Program-made: the position numbers and the translations under genes | Shown here: positions 60,701-64,000 of the stretch, in pieces | Layout of the letters: the number at the start of each line of letters is the position of its first letter | Position numbering within the stretch: position 1 is the stretch's first letter | The notes under the pieces: generated by a model | What the model saw: only the letters and a program-made list of their open reading frames with translations | Told to the model about the DNA's origin: nothing | Database searches by the model: none | Assembly: GCA_043228905.1 (NCBI GenBank) | Contig: JBHGNT010000013.1 | Location: forward strand, 2,046,001 to 2,110,000 | DNA: 64,000 bases | Source: Azolla caroliniana | Lineage: Eukaryota; Plantae; Polypodiophyta | Direction: 5' to 3'

Positions 60701-62466
60701 GTAGTCCGACATCTTCTTCTTCCCCTTCTCTTTGCGCGTGAACCGTCTCCTCGGTTCCTTTCGCGGCGAGAGCCTGAAAACTTCTCCAGTACTCCCCGGT
60801 TCGTCATCCGACTGGTCATCCCAACTCAGCCACTTAGCCAGAATTAGATCAGACTCTCATCTAGAGTACTGAATCCGTCATCTTCTTCTTGAACCCCTCT
60901 TGGTTAACTAGCCTCATCCTCCGGAATCGGGTCTTCGTCGGGACTTGGTGTCGGTAGGGAGTACCGTTATGCCGACTCATCAAACTCGACATCTCAACTT
61001 ACTCGTACCTATTTAGTCTGGGGGTTATAACACTTATACCCCTTCTGCTCATGCGAGTAACCCACTAGGATGCACTTCTCCGACATCGGATCCAGCTTCT
61101 TACACTTCTCATCCATTACATGCACATGCTATGCTACCAAAGATCCGAAGGTGTCTCAAATTCGGTTTCTGCCCGAAATACAACTCATGTGCCGACACCT
61201 CGTCCTGGATCCGGTTTTGGATGTAGAATTTGGGCATGCTCTTCTCCTCCTGCATTGCCCTTGCAGCGTCGACAATCGATCGATTCTTTCTCTCAGTCAG
61301 ACCATTTTGTTCCGGTGTGTATCGACAACAGAATTCTCTCCGAATTCTGTTCTACTGCAGATAATAGTTGAATTAGCCAGAAAACTAGTCTTTTCCACCA
61401 TCCGACTGTAGGCATTTGATATTCCTATCTGTTTCCCTTTCAACTAAGGTTTGAAGGTTTGAATGGATTAGTTCGAGCTTGTGACAGGTCCGGTTTCGGT
61501 CGGTGGGGAATGGAAGCCGATTTTGCTTCCCGAGTTGGTAGGTATCACATATTTGGGCCTTCCGGCTACTAAACTATGGCTATCCAAACACGACTTGTTT
61601 CGATTGCAGATCTTTGAAGCCTCTGGTAGTTGACGTGGCTGATCTGCTTATGCCAGGAATTGATGTTCGATTCAATCTTCTGTCCTTTGGTAAACATGGT
61701 GGTGCCGACGTCATTTGTGTTGAGGATGAACATCCTCCCTTCTCTGTGCCCTTGCACTATTATCCACCCTTCTTCCTCGATGAAGCACCCGAGGTGCGTA
61801 AACCGCACTTGCATTCCCTGGTCGACTATTTGTTCAACCGATACCAGGTTCTTTGTCATAGTCGTAACGTGTAATACGTTCATCAACTTTCCCTTTAGTC
61901 CGATATGGCTTCAAGGCAGTTCTCCGAGATGCACACTGGGGTGAGGGGTATCGTCTCCGGTTTGGACGATTCCTTGTTGTTCCGGTTTCTCCAAATTGGA
62001 GAACTACTCTTTGTGGCCGCCTTCGTGTACAACATCCGGATGCCCGATTAAGTGGTTCTCGATCCAGTTGCATGGTTTTCTTCGACCATCAACATTGATT
62101 GTAAGTCGAAGAAGGAAAGTGGTTTCTCCGGGTGCAAATTGCCATCTGGATTGGCCTGTACCGTTGTGCTAGACCACCGAGACAGATCTGAACCATCTCA
62201 TCTTCGTCCACCGTCACATTGATAGACCCAAGCGCGTCACAAATCTCCTTTATCTTATTGGTATAGTCCATAACCGACATATCTCTTAGCCGGATGTTGT
62301 TCAGGTCTTGTCAGAGCTCCACTTACGGGTTGTGGTGTTCGTGGCAAAAATCTTCCGAAGATTTTCCCAGGCCTCCTTTAGCATTTTTGCATCCTTGATG
62401 TCGCCGAGCATCTGATCGTGCACACCAGACGCGAGGCATTACAATACTCGGGTCGCTCCTTGCTCC

Positions 62467-63855
62467 ATGCTTAAACTTTATGCTTTTCCTATCAAAAGAC
62501 TATATGCTTTATTTAACATGCTTTTTCTAAAGTGATCATGCTTTTTCTAATTTGTGCGTTTTTTATTGACTATAGTGTTCATGCACGCTACATGTGCATG
62601 TGTAGCTTTTTCTTTTATCATGCATTTTTCTAAAGTTTATCCTAGCGTGAACTTGCGTTTTTATGTGGAACATCTACTTTTTAACACTAATGAAATGCTA
62701 GTGAAATGGTAAGAGATTACATTATTAACATGGAGGTGCAAGGTTCGAATCTTGCCCTATGCATGTAATGCTTAGTTTGATATTTTCTTCTTTTTTCTTC
62801 ATATTTATTCAATCGGTTATTTTATATTATTTTCATGTAGTGTATTAAATACACTACGACACTCGCCCCCTCTGAACCCACACATCCTCCGGCATGTGCC
62901 GAAGTTGTCGGTGATTGTTAGCCTTCTCCGTCAGGTCTCCGCCTGGTTGGTTTCGTCACTAGTCGTTTTCGGTTGCCGACTCCGTCTGTTCGCCGGTTTT
63001 CAGTTGCTTGCTCTACCCGGTTTCCGGTTACTGGCCCTCGTAATTCTTCTTTACTTGTAGTACCCTCCGTTTCTCTCGCAATGTCGACTTTGTCTCTCCA
63101 TTTCGAGCACAACCATTCTTTCCACCCAACCCATTTTCACCATCCGATCCACCATAGTCCTCGTGCTCTTCCTGAGCATAACCATTCATGTCTTGTCAAA
63201 TTTTCTTGGCCCGCTTGGTCCTTCTTATCCATGGTAGTGCCTTTCCTTCTTATCACTTGCAATCCTTCCGGTATCCCACATCGCATCATCTCTACCTTGT
63301 ATTCACGTAGATAGCGTGACACATCATTTCCGTTGAATTGCCCGTTTCGTTGCACAAACCACTCTACTGCCGACTTCTTCTCTGACATCGCACGTTGCTC
63401 TTGTTGCATCTGCTCAATCATCATCATCATTATGCTCATCGCCTCTTGTTGATTCTCCATCTCCTTGCCACCCGCTTTCACATCAGGCTCACCAAATGTG
63501 TCGTGCCTTTCAGCGCCAAATCGTTGCGTGAGTCGGGTGGGAACCGCTGGGGTTTTGGACTAGGAAGAGGAAGAATTTGAGACAAGTTTGTAGCTATGGA
63601 TAGATTATTAGAAAGAGAGATAGAAATTTCATGAATCCCACGAGTGTATTGTATTCGATTAATCAATATTTAGATAAGAATATGTATTTAGATTGAAAGA
63701 AAGAGATTAAAAAGAACTTGTGAATCCGACAAGTATAGATTATGTCGTGAATCCCACGAATATAGTTTGTTAATTGGTGTTTTAGGAAATATATCCAATT
63801 TCCAAATAATCCACACAATTATTACATTGTGCTCCCCATCCTTATATGGTGATGA
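62467..63855 (-). mobile_element. Internally deleted gypsy-like element (paralog of 7826-9425): 3' LTR part, PPT, gag start, PBS TGGCGCTGAAAGG, 5' LTR part
   Basis: 62467-63245 matches 7826-8540. ORF 63137-63481 (NGQFNGNDVSRYLREYKVEM) is gag-like. A PBS-like TGGCGC lies at ~63505-63518. Confidence 0.75.
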
Positions 63856-64000
63856 TGTCAGGAACTACACGCTCCCGTTGAACAACACTCGGCCACAACC
63901 GAGCGTAGAATAAAACACAGAAAACAGGGAATGGAAGCACAACACGATAGAGAGAAGAGTACACAGGATGTTTACGTGGAAAAGCCAAACTAGGGAAAAA
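63856..64000 (-). repeat. Start of a copia LTR (same family and insertion site as 12995-13731)
   Basis: Near-identical to 12995-13139; preceded by GATGA. Confidence 0.93.

Larger units (their letters stand above)
48018..62465 (-). mobile_element. Degenerate, internally duplicated copia element(s) interrupted by the gypsy at 48392-58219
   Basis: Partial 3' LTR 48018-~48290; RNase H/RT fragments 48293-48391, 58220-58676 and 58676-60845; IN/PR/gag remnants to ~62465. Confidence 0.85.

Overview
Eukaryotic plant-type heterochromatic DNA, almost entirely nested transposable elements with no intact host protein gene. A non-seed land plant such as a fern, lycophyte or bryophyte is inferred from the Tcn1-like chromoviruses and the Sola2-type transposase. 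The window is a rearranged segmental duplication in which pieces of ~2.1-16.3 kb recur between 16.3 and 64 kb, each copy carrying a tRNA-Pro(TGG) gene. Contents: Tcn1-like chromoviruses (one full-length, 19733-25435); several Ty1/copia elements (one full-length, 32826-38556); a young non-chromovirus Ty3/gypsy element with a 989-aa extra ORF (48392-58219); and a ~20 kb Sola2-type DNA transposon (25793-45783). The Sola2 element carries an intron-containing transposase, a convergent RING-H2/coiled-coil accessory gene, a captured URB2-like host fragment and two GTAC-rich intronic satellites. Most notable observations: (1) the young gypsy element has no polypurine tract next to its 3' LTR but an inverted tRNA-Arg PBS, suggesting tRNA priming of both strands; (2) the Sola2 architecture resembles a VANC-type anti-silencing system; (3) one accessory domain appears shared by the DNA transposon and the retrotransposon; (4) antisense tRNA-like A/B boxes occur in LTRs of unrelated families; (5) the chromoviruses show co-varying self-priming signals. 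All alignments were done by eye and no database searches were run.
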